Source of the DNA: Gemmatimonadota bacterium
GTDB taxonomy: Bacteria; Gemmatimonadota; Gemmatimonadetes; Gemmatimonadales; GWC2-71-9
Assembly (NCBI GenBank): GCA_036679645.1
Contig: JAZDCY010000020.1
Coordinates: 1-58,246 of the forward strand
Reading direction: 5' to 3'
Length of the DNA stretch: 58,246 nt
Shown: positions 19,650-30,000 of the stretch, piece by piece
How positions within the stretch are numbered: position 1 is the first letter of the stretch
How the letters are laid out: each line of letters begins with the position of its first letter
Position numbers and translations under genes: made by a program
Notes under the pieces: model-generated
The model's database searches: none
Told to the model about the DNA's origin: nothing
What the model saw: the letters and a program-made list of their open reading frames with translations, nothing else

Positions 19650-20560
19650 CGTTCATCCGCGCGCTGCTCGCTGACCGGCGGTCGGCGACGGGCTTGGGGC
19701 TCGTGACGCTCGTCGCTGCGTTGGCCCTTCTGGCCCCGTGGATCGCACCGGCAGATCCACTGCTGCAGACCGACGTGCTCCGTACCCGGTTCCTCGCCCC
19801 ATTTACGTCCGGACCGGACGGCATGATGCGCTGGCTGGGGACGGACCAACTCGGACGGGACATCCTGAGCCGGTTACTGTATGGCGCGCGCATATCACTG
19901 GCTATAGGAGTACTCTCCGCCCTGTTCGCCGTGGCAGTAGGGATGGCAGTCGGTGCCGGCGCGGCCGTCTTCGGTAAGAGAACCGAGCGGGTCTTGATGG
20001 CGCTCACAGACGCGGCATTGGCGTTGCCCCGCCTGGTGTTGCTGCTCGCGTTGGTCGCTCTGTTCGAGCCGAGCCTCTGGCTCGTCGTAGGGGTACTCGG
20101 CCTCACCGGTTGGATGCCGATTGCCCGTCTGGTGCGTGCCGAGGTGAAGGGCCTGTTGGCTCGTCCGTTCGTCGATGCCGCGGTCGTTGCCGGCGCGAAC
20201 CGCTGGCTCCTGCTGCGGCGGCACCTGCTCCCGAACGCGCTGACGCCGGTGCTCGTTGCTGCGGCGTTGAGTGTGGGAAACGCGATCGCCCTCGAGGCGG
20301 GCCTCGCTTTCCTGGGGCTGGGCATTCCGGCGCCGGCACCCTCGTGGGGAAACATGATCGCGAGTGGTCGCGATGCCCTGGTCCACGCCCCGTGGATTGC
20401 CACTGTGCCTGGGTTGGCCCTGGTGGTGGCGATCGTGGCATTCAATCTGATCGGGGATGGTGCGCGCGACGCGCTCGACCCATCTGTCGCGACTAGAGGC
20501 CGAGTTCCCTCCGCGCATCGGGCGGAAGGAGGGAAAGCACGAGACGAACGGGTACGGTAA
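19646..20560 (+). CDS. ABC peptide-type permease (DppC/OppC-like)
   Basis: LGTDQLGRDILSRLLYGARISL, FVDAA...GA, HLLPN, LAFLGLG...PSWGNMI, GDGARDALDP; GTGA overlap. Confidence 0.93.
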   Translation: MTFIRALLADRRSATGLGLVTLVAALALLAPWIAPADPLLQTDVLRTRFLAPFTSGPDGMMRWLGTDQLGRDILSRLLYGARISLAIGVLSALFAVAVGMAVGAGAAVFGKRTERVLMALTDAALALPRLVLLLALVALFEPSLWLVVGVLGLTGWMPIARLVRAEVKGLLARPFVDAAVVAGANRWLLLRRHLLPNALTPVLVAAALSVGNAIALEAGLAFLGLGIPAPAPSWGNMIASGRDALVHAPWIATVPGLALVVAIVAFNLIGDGARDALDPSVATRGRVPSAHRAEGGKARDERVR

Positions 20561-22631
20561 ACCCGAGCCCAGCGGCTTCTCGGAGGCCTCGCGCATGGAC
20601 GGAAACGACCTCCCCCTGCGCGTTGAAGACCGGGCTGCCGCTCGACCCCCCGACCGTGAACCCGTCGAACTGGATCAGTTCCGGCGTCACCTTCGAGAAG
20701 ATGCCGGCGCTCATCGATGTGCGAACCGTCCGCGTCTGATCCATGGCCGCGGCCACGCCGGCCGGGAACCCGATGAGCGCCGCCGGCTCGCCCTGCCGCG
20801 CGCGGTTGCCGATCCAGTCGACCCCAGCGACATACGGGCCGCTGTAGTTCCGGATACGGATCACGGCCAGGTCCGGCCCGCCACGTGCCGACTCCACGGC
20901 AATCACATCAGCGCGCGACATGGTCCGATGATCGGCCATGGTGACGAAAACGGAATCCGGGGCACGCCCCTCCGGCCTCACGACATGTCGATTGGTGATG
21001 AAATAGCCCGATGCCGTCACCGCGAATCCCGATCCATCGAAGATGTCGGTACCCGCGAACGTAGAGACCAACCCGACCGCTCCCTGATTGGCCTGTGCGA
21101 CAGCGGCGAGATCCGTTCCCCGCACCGCTCGGACGTTCGCTGCGATCTCGCTCGCACGCCGTTCCGCATCATGCACCGCCTCGCGCAGGCTGTCGAGCAG
21201 CTCGCGCGAGACGTTCCCGCCCGACCCGGCCACTTCTGCACGCAGCCGCTCGAGTTCCTCCTGCGCGGCCCGCCGCATCGATTCGCCCGCCGCGAGCTGC
21301 GCTGCAACTGCTGTCTGGGCGCGTTCCAGCGCGTTCTCGAGAGCTGCTGTACGTTGCTCGGCTGACTCGAGCGCGCTGCGGAGGCTATCGACGACCTCGG
21401 CCGGTGCCGACGATTCGCGCGCGTCTACCAGGGCGACACTCAGCCGCTGGTATTCCGCCACCGCCGCCAACCGGACGGAATCGGCGGACGCGCGTGCCGC
21501 CTCGAGCTCCCGCCGTTGAGAGGCCAACTCCGCTTCCGTCGCGCGCACGCGCTGCTCGCTCCACCAATAGAGCCCGCCGAGCCCCACGACGAGCAGGACC
21601 ACGAAGCTCCAGACGATCCAGCGCACCCGTGATACGCTCTTGCGATGCGTATCGTCGATGAGATCCCGGATGAAGATGGTGCGGCCCTTGCCACCAAAGC
21701 TGCGGCGGTCCTCAGGGGCGGCTACCGGGGCTGCGGCCGCTGGGGCCGCTGGGGCCGCTACAGGTTCAGGCCCGCGAGGGGCGGGCGTTGCGGGCGGGGC
21801 GGCGGCGTGTTTCGGTGCGGGCGGCGGCGGCACCGGTGCGGCAACGCCGGGGCCTTCCAAGCGCTCGACCAGAAGTTCGGGGCCCGCATCGCCCAATTGA
21901 ATCCGGTCTCCCACCGCCAGCGGCCGTTCCGCCGACAGGGGTTCACCGTTCAGCAGGGTCCCGTTCCTGCTACGCGCGTCGCGGACCACCACTCCCCCTT
22001 CGGGCAGCAACACCACCTCGCAGTGCGTGCGCGAGACCGACGCGTCGCCAATCTCGACGGGGCGCAGCTCGCATTCCTTGCCTCGACCAATCCGGATACG
22101 CCCGCCGGTCGCCTCGAAATCGCCGCCCGAGCGGAGATCGTGCAATCGCAGACGTATCTCGGGGGCGGCCGCCACGGGTTCGGTCGTCGGTGTGACCAGC
22201 GCCGGAGGGGGAGGGGGAGGGGGAGTCTCCGCGCCGGGCGGTACGTAGGGGTCCATCGGCGCCGTCGCGTCGTCAGGACTCGCGAGCGGCTGTTCCATCA
22301 GCGTCTCGGCCACACGGCGGTCTTGCGTGGCGTCGACCTCGAACCGCGCCCCCCGTGACCCGAGTGCTACAACCTGCCCCTGATCTACACGAATCGCGTT
22401 CCCCGCCTGCACTCGCTGCCCCTCGACGAAGGTCCCATTCCGGCCGCCGATGTCCTCAACCCACCAGGCACCGTCTCTGTGCACGAATCGGGCATGCGAG
22501 CCGGAGACGACCTCGCTGCCCTCACCGGAGATGGGAAGCTCGAAATCGGGATCGCGGCCCAGACGCACTTCGGGGCCGTCGAACTCATGGATCTGGTTGT
22601 CGCGGAGGTCGCGGAGCCGGAGGAATGGCAT
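20493..22631 (-). CDS. Dual-FHA, single-TM, coiled-coil, trypsin-like serine protease
   Basis: Two FHA domains (GR...S..H...NGT each), Pro-rich linkers, TM WIVWSFVVLLVVGLGGLYWW, heptad-rich helix, then GSGF, TNRHVV (His), DLAVI (Asp), GSSGSP (Ser). Confidence 0.9.
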   Translation of the reverse strand: MPFLRLRDLRDNQIHEFDGPEVRLGRDPDFELPISGEGSEVVSGSHARFVHRDGAWWVEDIGGRNGTFVEGQRVQAGNAIRVDQGQVVALGSRGARFEVDATQDRRVAETLMEQPLASPDDATAPMDPYVPPGAETPPPPPPPALVTPTTEPVAAAPEIRLRLHDLRSGGDFEATGGRIRIGRGKECELRPVEIGDASVSRTHCEVVLLPEGGVVVRDARSRNGTLLNGEPLSAERPLAVGDRIQLGDAGPELLVERLEGPGVAAPVPPPPAPKHAAAPPATPAPRGPEPVAAPAAPAAAAPVAAPEDRRSFGGKGRTIFIRDLIDDTHRKSVSRVRWIVWSFVVLLVVGLGGLYWWSEQRVRATEAELASQRRELEAARASADSVRLAAVAEYQRLSVALVDARESSAPAEVVDSLRSALESAEQRTAALENALERAQTAVAAQLAAGESMRRAAQEELERLRAEVAGSGGNVSRELLDSLREAVHDAERRASEIAANVRAVRGTDLAAVAQANQGAVGLVSTFAGTDIFDGSGFAVTASGYFITNRHVVRPEGRAPDSVFVTMADHRTMSRADVIAVESARGGPDLAVIRIRNYSGPYVAGVDWIGNRARQGEPAALIGFPAGVAAAMDQTRTVRTSMSAGIFSKVTPELIQFDGFTVGGSSGSPVFNAQGEVVSVHARGLREAAGLGFTVPVRLVLSLLPPDARRELGL

Positions 22632-22708
22632 GTCGCGCGAATATGCAGGATCTGACGCGCGGTTACCAGACGGATGCCCCTCTGGCCCGGAACCATGTAC
22701 CTTGCCGC

Positions 22709-24484
22709 GTGAGTATGGTATCGCGCGGTCTGTCCCAACCACCCATCGCCAATTCGGTCGACGCCGTCGCGCTGTTCGAGGCGGCCCGATCCGCTTTCGA
22801 GGGCATGTTCCGCCTCGAGCGGTTGGTTGCAGCCAACCAGTACCGCGCGTTGTTCGTCGCCCGGCACGCCGTCCTCAAGCGGCAGGTCGCGTTGCGAGTT
22901 CACCTCGACCCGCACGGCGAGGGAAGAGCCTGGTTCGAGCGCGAGACCGAGCTGCTGGCCCGCATCGACCATCCGGGCGTTCGGCCCATCCACTCGGCCG
23001 GGTATCGGGAGGGGTGGGCCTATCGCGTGAGCAAGTGGATCGATGGGGAGAGCCTCGAAGACGCCATGGCTCGGGGACCGCGCCCGCTACCCGACGTGCT
23101 GCAGATTGCACGCGACCTGTCGTCGGCGCTGGACTACGCGCACAGCGAGGGCATCGTGATCCGGCGTATCGCGCCGACCGCTCTCATGCTGACCCGCGCG
23201 CGGAGAGCGATCATCACCGACATGCGGTGGGCGAACCAGCTCATGGACGTCGCCTCTCCCGAGCCGGTGGAGGAGTTCCGGGCGTTCATGGCACCGGAGA
23301 CCAGGGAGGGCGGAGTAGGAGACCCCGGTGCCGACGTGTACACCACCGGCGCACTGCTCTACTACGCCACCACCGGGCGGGAACCGGCGCTGGATTCTGC
23401 CGACATTGAACCACCGCGCGCACTGCGCGCCGCGTGTCCCCGAGCGCTCGAGCGCGTGATACTTCACGCGCTCAGGCGCAGGCCTGAGACCCGGTATCTC
23501 ACTGCAGCGGAGATGGGTGCGGACTTGCTCTCCGAAATCGGCGACTTCGAGCTGCAGACGTCGGTGGAACCGGCCGTGGGCGGGACAGAGACCCCAGCGG
23601 AATGGGAACGGCAGCTCCGCCGCGCGTTGGGCGACCAATACGAACTGCTCGGCGAGCTGGGAAGCGGCGGCTTTGGACGCGTATATCGCGTTCGCGACCT
23701 GAGCCTCGAACGCGAGGTAGCGCTCAAGGTGCTCCACCCGTGGCTCACCACCGACCCCGCGGTGATCGAGCGGTTCCGTCGAGAGGCGCGCTTGGCGGCG
23801 CAGGTGCGGCATCCACATATCGTCGAGGTGCACGGGATCGGTGGGCGGGGCGGACTGCTGTGGTACACGATGGCGTACGTGCCCGGCGAGAACCTCGACC
23901 AGCTCGTCGAACGCGCCGGCCCGCTCCCCACCGATCGCGCCCTGCACCTGCTCGATCAATCGCTGAGCGGCCTCGCGCACGCGCATCGGTTGGGACTCGT
24001 ACACCGCGATCTCAAACCGGCCAACATCCTCATCGAGCTGCCGTCGTGGGACACGCAGATCACCGACTTCGGGCTCGCGTTGGCGTTCGAGGGGATGCTG
24101 CCCGACGGTCGCTCTCCCTCCCGCTCGGGCACGCCCGCGTTCGCCGCACCCGAGCAACTCCTCGGCGAACCGGTCGATGTCCGGGCAGACATCTATTCCC
24201 TCGCAGTGGTTGCGATCTTTGCGCTGACGGGCCGCTCGCCCTTTGCCGGCGGATCGGTCGAATCGATCGTGGCACGCCAGGCCGCGGGCCTGCTGCCCGA
24301 CCTCCGAGCGGCACGCCCAGGACTGCCGCGGCGCTTGCGAAATGCGCTCGTGCGTGCCGCGTCGCGGGACCCGGAGGATCGCTTCGCGACCGCAGGGGCG
24401 TTTCGCGAGGCGGTGGGAGCAGCCAGCCAGGGCAAGGGAAGGCTCCTCGGCGGTTGGCTGCGGGGACAATTCGGCAGCGCCTGA
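22709..24484 (+). CDS. Tandem pseudokinase plus active Hanks-type Ser/Thr kinase (start GTG 22709 or ATG 22715)
   Basis: Domain 1: VALRV, IRRIAPTA, DMR, MAPE, ADVY (degenerate). Domain 2: GSGGFG, VALKV, HRDLKPAN, DFG, GTPAFAAPE, DIYS (intact). TACCTT lies 5 nt before the GTG. Confidence 0.9.
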   Translation: MSMVSRGLSQPPIANSVDAVALFEAARSAFEGMFRLERLVAANQYRALFVARHAVLKRQVALRVHLDPHGEGRAWFERETELLARIDHPGVRPIHSAGYREGWAYRVSKWIDGESLEDAMARGPRPLPDVLQIARDLSSALDYAHSEGIVIRRIAPTALMLTRARRAIITDMRWANQLMDVASPEPVEEFRAFMAPETREGGVGDPGADVYTTGALLYYATTGREPALDSADIEPPRALRAACPRALERVILHALRRRPETRYLTAAEMGADLLSEIGDFELQTSVEPAVGGTETPAEWERQLRRALGDQYELLGELGSGGFGRVYRVRDLSLEREVALKVLHPWLTTDPAVIERFRREARLAAQVRHPHIVEVHGIGGRGGLLWYTMAYVPGENLDQLVERAGPLPTDRALHLLDQSLSGLAHAHRLGLVHRDLKPANILIELPSWDTQITDFGLALAFEGMLPDGRSPSRSGTPAFAAPEQLLGEPVDVRADIYSLAVVAIFALTGRSPFAGGSVESIVARQAAGLLPDLRAARPGLPRRLRNALVRAASRDPEDRFATAGAFREAVGAASQGKGRLLGGWLRGQFGSA

Positions 24485-24537
24485 GCACCCGGTTGATGTC
24501 TTGCGTAACCGGCTAGGGAAGAACACATATTGGCGTT

Positions 24538-25371
24538 GTGACTGTTCGCATTGCGTTGGCTCAGATATCCGCAGGGCCGGATCCATCGGAGAACCTCGAT
24601 CGTGCAATCTCTGCGATGCACGATGCAAAGGCCGCCGGCGCGAACCTGGTCGCCTTCCCCGAGCTGGCCGTGACACGGTTCTTTCCGCAGTTCGCGGAGT
24701 ATCCCGCTGCGCGCGATCTCGCGGAACCCATCCCGGGACCCACGGCCGATCGGGTTGGACAGACGGCCGCCGACCTGGGCCTGGTCACCGTGTTCAACAT
24801 GTACGAGGCGTCCGGCCAGCGGTACTACGATTCCTCGCCCGTCTTCGACGCCGACGGCACGCTCCTCGGCGTCACCCGCATGATCCACATTACCGAGTAC
24901 GCCTGTTTTCACGAGCAGGCCTACTACGACCCCGGAGACCATGGAGCGCCCGTGTACGACACGCGCGTGGGACGCGTTGGAGTGGCGATCTGCTACGACC
25001 GGCACTACCCCGAGTACATGCGAGCCCTTGGCGTGGCGGGAGCCGAACTCGTGATCATCCCGCAGGCGGGAGCCGTCGAGGAATGGCCTGACGGCTTGTA
25101 CGAGGCAGAAATCCGTACCGCATCGTTCCAGAACGGATACTTCGCGGCGTTGTGCAACCGCGTCGGGGTGGAAGAGCGGCTCACATTCGCCGGGGAGTCG
25201 TTCGTGGTGAGTCCCACCGGCCAAGTGATGACAACGGGTGCGCGCCTGCAGGACGACCTCGTTGTGGCCGATCTCGACCTCTCGACGTGTGCACACTCAC
25301 CCGCCCGGACACTCTTCTGGCGGGATCGGCGCCCGGACCTTTACGCCGATTGGCTCCGCTCGGCTCGGTGA
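24538..25371 (+). CDS. Carbon-nitrogen hydrolase (nitrilase superfamily, N-carbamoylputrescine amidase-like) with Met at the catalytic Lys position
   Basis: RIALAQ, FPEL (Glu42), TRMIH (normally RKxH), ICYDRHYPE (Cys152), NRVG.E, FAGESFVVSP.G, RDRRPDLY. Confidence 0.88.
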   Translation: MTVRIALAQISAGPDPSENLDRAISAMHDAKAAGANLVAFPELAVTRFFPQFAEYPAARDLAEPIPGPTADRVGQTAADLGLVTVFNMYEASGQRYYDSSPVFDADGTLLGVTRMIHITEYACFHEQAYYDPGDHGAPVYDTRVGRVGVAICYDRHYPEYMRALGVAGAELVIIPQAGAVEEWPDGLYEAEIRTASFQNGYFAALCNRVGVEERLTFAGESFVVSPTGQVMTTGARLQDDLVVADLDLSTCAHSPARTLFWRDRRPDLYADWLRSAR

Positions 25372-26996
25372 CGCCGTCCGACAACGTGGGTCTCCGCCCC
25401 GCGCCGGAACGGTCCGTATCTGGTTCCGGGGAAGTCACGGGTACGCTGGAACCGTCGGCCGTCGGCGTCGGCGAGCACCCGACGCCAGCAACACCCGTTC
25501 TGCCGGACGCGGTGATCGCCAAGGTCGCGAGCCGCCTCGGCATCATCTCCCTCATGTATGCCGTGTCGTTCGCGGTCGTCCACCTGGCCGTACGCTTTGT
25601 CGACCTGCCGGACTACTGGCGGGAAGGCCCTGCCGGGATTCGACTCAACGACGCGACGGCCCTTCTCTTTGTCGCACTGTCCGTCGTGGTGTTCGCGGTC
25701 GCGCGCGGCGACCGGCTTGCCCGGGAACGGCTGGTATTCATCGGACTGGTCTACGAGATCGTGGCGGCGTTCGGCATCGAGATTGCCACCGTCTTCTTCC
25801 CTTCTCCTGAGTTCATCAACCCCAACGGGATCTCATGGTCGTGTGTCCTGATCGTGATTTTCCCCTTGATCGTGCCAACGACGACGCGGCAGACGCTGGT
25901 GGCCGCCTCGGCCGCCGCCGCCATGCGCCCGCTCGCGTTTGGCCTATTGGCGCTCGACGGCGTACCGCTACCCCCAGCCGCACCGCTGTTTCTCCTCCTG
26001 TTGCCCAACTTCCTTTGCGTAGGAGTGGCGGTCATTGCAGCGCGAGTGGTCAATGAATTCGGCGCTGATCTTTCGCGCGCGCGCAGCATGGGCAGTTACC
26101 AACTCGTCGAGCGATTGGGCGAGGGTGGCATGGGCGAGGTGTGGCGGGCGACGCACCGTCTGCTCGCACGCCCCGCAGCGATCAAGCTGATCCGTCCCGA
26201 GCGCCTTGGTTCCTACGAGCCGACCACGCGTTCCACGCTGAGGAAACGGTTCGAGCGCGAAGCCAGAGCGACAGCGGCACTCTCGTCGCCGCACACAATC
26301 CAACTGCACGACTACGGGACCACAGGCGACGGGGTGTTCTACTACGTGATGGAGCTGCTCCACGGACTGGACCTCGGCGACCTGGTGCAGCGCTTCGGTC
26401 CGCAGCCGCCCAACCGGGTCGTCCACATCATGCGGCAGGTGTGCCGGTCACTCGCCGAAGCGCATGCGACGGGGCTGGTTCACCGAGACATCAAGCCGGA
26501 AAACATCTATCTCTGTCGCATTGGACTGGAGTACGATTTCGTCAAGGTCCTCGATTTTGGTCTCGTGAAATCGGTCGAGCATACGGGGACGGCCCTCACG
26601 CTCAAGAACGTCGCCACCGGCACCCCGGCCTTCATGGCTCCGGAGATCGCGCTGGCCGAGTCGATCGACGGTCGGGCTGATATTTACGCGCTGGGATGCG
26701 TCGCCTATTGGCTCCTGTCGGGCCAACTCGTGTTCACCGCGCCGAATCCGATGCGCGCCATCTTCGCACACATCAACACCTCACCCGAGCGCGTGTCGGG
26801 CCGCACGGAATTACCCGTGCCGCCCGAACTCGAAGACCTGGTCATGATGTGCCTGGAGAAGCAGCCCGATCACCGCCCGCAAACGGCAGAGGACCTGCTG
26901 CAAAGCTTGAGCGTCCTCGACCTCGGCACGCCGTGGAGCCGGGAGCGCGCCACCGACTGGTGGCGGGCACATCTGCCAGAACTAGTTGAACGTTAG
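25368..26996 (+). CDS. Membrane Ser/Thr kinase with about 6 N-terminal TM helices
   Basis: Six hydrophobic segments, then LGEGGMGEVW, AAIK, HRDIKPEN, DFGLVK, GTPAFMAPE; GTGA overlap with the upstream gene. Confidence 0.92.
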   Translation: MTPSDNVGLRPAPERSVSGSGEVTGTLEPSAVGVGEHPTPATPVLPDAVIAKVASRLGIISLMYAVSFAVVHLAVRFVDLPDYWREGPAGIRLNDATALLFVALSVVVFAVARGDRLARERLVFIGLVYEIVAAFGIEIATVFFPSPEFINPNGISWSCVLIVIFPLIVPTTTRQTLVAASAAAAMRPLAFGLLALDGVPLPPAAPLFLLLLPNFLCVGVAVIAARVVNEFGADLSRARSMGSYQLVERLGEGGMGEVWRATHRLLARPAAIKLIRPERLGSYEPTTRSTLRKRFEREARATAALSSPHTIQLHDYGTTGDGVFYYVMELLHGLDLGDLVQRFGPQPPNRVVHIMRQVCRSLAEAHATGLVHRDIKPENIYLCRIGLEYDFVKVLDFGLVKSVEHTGTALTLKNVATGTPAFMAPEIALAESIDGRADIYALGCVAYWLLSGQLVFTAPNPMRAIFAHINTSPERVSGRTELPVPPELEDLVMMCLEKQPDHRPQTAEDLLQSLSVLDLGTPWSRERATDWWRAHLPELVER

Positions 26997-27020
26997 GCGT
27001 TGCACGTTCAACGTTCCGTT
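26985..27020. repeat. 7-bp periodic xxxCGTT repeats forming a 9-bp inverted repeat between convergent genes (possible bidirectional terminator)
   Basis: GAACGTT AGGCGTT GCACGTT CAACGTT; GTTGAACGT (26985-26993) pairs with ACGTTCAAC (27004-27012). Confidence 0.55.
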
Positions 27021-30000
27021 CAAACGCCCGCAGCGACCCCATCACTCCCGATCGTCTCCTTTGCCAGGATCTCGTATTCATCCGTATCTTCCTTGCGCGG
27101 CAGGAAGTGTGTGCGCACGAAGCCGTCCAGATCGTCCAGCAACGAGTACATCACAGGCACGAGCACCAGCGTCAGGAACGTCGCGAACGTCAACCCCGCG
27201 ATGACGGCGATGGCCATGGGTCCCCACCAAGCTGCTTGTTCCCCACCCCAGTAGATATCGGGGTTCAGCGAGCCGTACATGCCCTTGAAGTCCACGTTCA
27301 GCCCGATAGCCAGCGGCATCAGTCCGAGCACCGTGGTGATGGCGGTGAGGACGACCGGGCGAAACCTGGTTTTGCCGCCATGAATGATCGCCTCTTTGGG
27401 ATCCATGTGATCGCGACTGCGCAAGACATCGATGTAGTCCATCAGCACGATTGCGTTGTTCACCACGATACCCGCAAGGCTGATTACGCCCACCCCGGTC
27501 ATGATGACTCCGAACGGCATGCGGAACACAATCAGTCCGACGAGCACACCAACGGTGGAGAGCAACACGGAGGTCAAGATGATAGCCGGCTTGGTGACGG
27601 AATCGAACTGCGAGACCAGAATGAACCCGATCAGCAGCACCGCCATGACGAAGGCACTCGCCAGGAACGCCTGATCTTCCGCCTGGGCTTCTTGTTGTCC
27701 GCCAAAACGCACTTCATATCCGGGGGGCAGCGCCGCCTCGAACGCGCTCAGCGTCTCGCGCACCTCGGTCTGGACCGCGTTCGAGTTGTAGTCGGCACGC
27801 ACGTCGGCCGTGATCGTGACCACACGATCGAGGTCCTTGCGCCGGATGTCGCCGAATCCCGTCCCCACATGCCAGGACGCCACCGACGACAGCGGGATTT
27901 GACCGCCGTCTTCGGGCACTAGCGTGAGGTCGCCGAGGGCGCTCAGGTCTTCGCGGTACTCCTGCGCCAGACGCACCGTGATGTCGTACTCGTCCTTGCC
28001 ATCGCGGTACTTGGACGCCTCGGTGCCGTTGATGGCGTTGCGTACGGTGAAGCCCACATCGCGCGTGCTGAGTCCGTAGAGCGCGGCCCGCTCTCGGTCC
28101 ACCTCCACGACCAGCTCCGGCCTGCCCGCGGCCATGTCGTGCTCGAGTCCATCGAGCTTGGCGAATACGGCAGACTCCTCGAGAATTGCGACTGCATCAT
28201 CTCCCAACTGGCGCAGCACGTCGGGATCGTCGCCGGTGATCTCGAGAGCCAGCGCGGCACCGGTCGGTGGCCCGCTGGCCGGTTTCTCGACAGCGATCTC
28301 GGCGCCGGCAATCCCCTCGCCAATCGTCTCGCGCATCTCCTCCATGGTGACGAAGACGTCGACTTCGCGGAATTGATAGTCTTTGAAGTTGACGGCGACC
28401 GATGCGAGGTGCGCTCCCGTTCCACCCCCGCTGAAATTCTGGGAGACCTGCGAGCCGCTGGTCGTGACGATGGAGGCAAAGTCCACACGGCCAGGGAGAT
28501 CTCGCAAACGCTCCTCGATGCGCCGCGCGATCCCGTCCGTCTGATCCACGCGCGTGCCCAACGGCGCATCGACCTGGACGTACACCGTTGCCGGCGGGAT
28601 ATCCTCGGGGAAGTACTCGACCCCCGCATTGAGCGCACCGAACGCGACGACGGCAACGACGACCGCGACGCCCGCGCCCACGAGCATCGCGAAACGATGC
28701 GCGAGTGCCCACCGCAGTTGCCGCTCATAGAACTCTATCACCGACGGCAGCCCGCGCGTCATGAACCGATGGCCAATGGGATGTAACACGTACCGATATC
28801 CCCAATAGGAGAGACCAGCCGTGACCAGAAGCAACACCGAGGTGAGCGGGTTGATCACGAGGAAAATGCCCACGACGGTGACACCAACGCCCGCCACGGC
28901 CCACTTGGTGAGTCTCGGCAACGGCAGGCTGGGTGCGGCTTCGTGTTCGAGGAAGAGGCTGCACAGGGTCGGGATGATGACGAGTCCCACGAACAGCGAT
29001 GAGCTCAACGTAATGATGAGTGTGACCGGCAAGTACTTCATAAACTCGCCCACGATCCCCGGCCAGAAGGCCAGGGGCGCAAAAGCAGCCAGCGTGGTGG
29101 CGGTGGAGGCGATAATGGGCACGGCGACCTCCGCCGTAGCAAATTTCGCAGCCGCTTTCCGGTCGTGCCCCTGTTCGCGGAAGCGGTAGATGTTCTCGAC
29201 TACCACGATCGCGTTGTCGACCAGCATGCCGAGCGCCAGGATCAGGCTGAACAGCACCACCATGTTCATCGAGAATCCCGCAACCCGGATGACGATGAAC
29301 GACAGCAACATCGACATGGGGATGGCAAGACCCACAAACCAGGCCGTTCGGACACCCAGGAAGAACAAGAGAACTCCGACTACGAGAATCAATCCAGAGA
29401 TGATGTTGTTCTCCAGGCTGGTCACCATGTCATGGATCTGTTCCGACTGATCGGACGTGATCTTGACGACCGTGCCCGGCGGGAAACCCGCCTCGTTGGC
29501 CGCGATCACCGCCCGGACCGCATCGGCCGTCTCGATGATGTTCTCTCCGACCCGCTTCTTGACTGCCAGCGATACGACCGAGTTGCCGTCGAGCCGCGCG
29601 TACGTCGATCTCTCCTTGAACCCGAAATCCACCGACGCGACATCACGCACGTACACCGGCACGCCGTTGGGCGAGGAGATGACGATATCGGCAATGGGTT
29701 CGGGCTGCTCATATTCGCCCGGCACGCGCACGAGGAACTTCATCTCGCCGACATCGATTGCGCCGCCGGGGATCGTGATGTTCTCCTGTTGGATGGCCTC
29801 GATCACATCCGAAAACGCAAGGTCGTAGAACTTGAGCCGGGCCAGATCGACGTCTACGTGGACTTCCCGCTCCAAGCCGCCAGAGAGCTGCACCTCGAGC
29901 ACGCTCGGGATCTGCTCCAGTTCGTCCTGCAGATTCTCGGCGACGTCACGCAACCGTACGAGATCGTACGGTCCCGAGACATTCACCTGCATGATGGGGA

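Noticed and set aside
22201..22225. (GGAGGG)n and similar C/G-rich runs (also 160-190) as regulatory repeats or G-quadruplexes
   Set aside because: They encode poly-Pro and Pro-Ala linkers.
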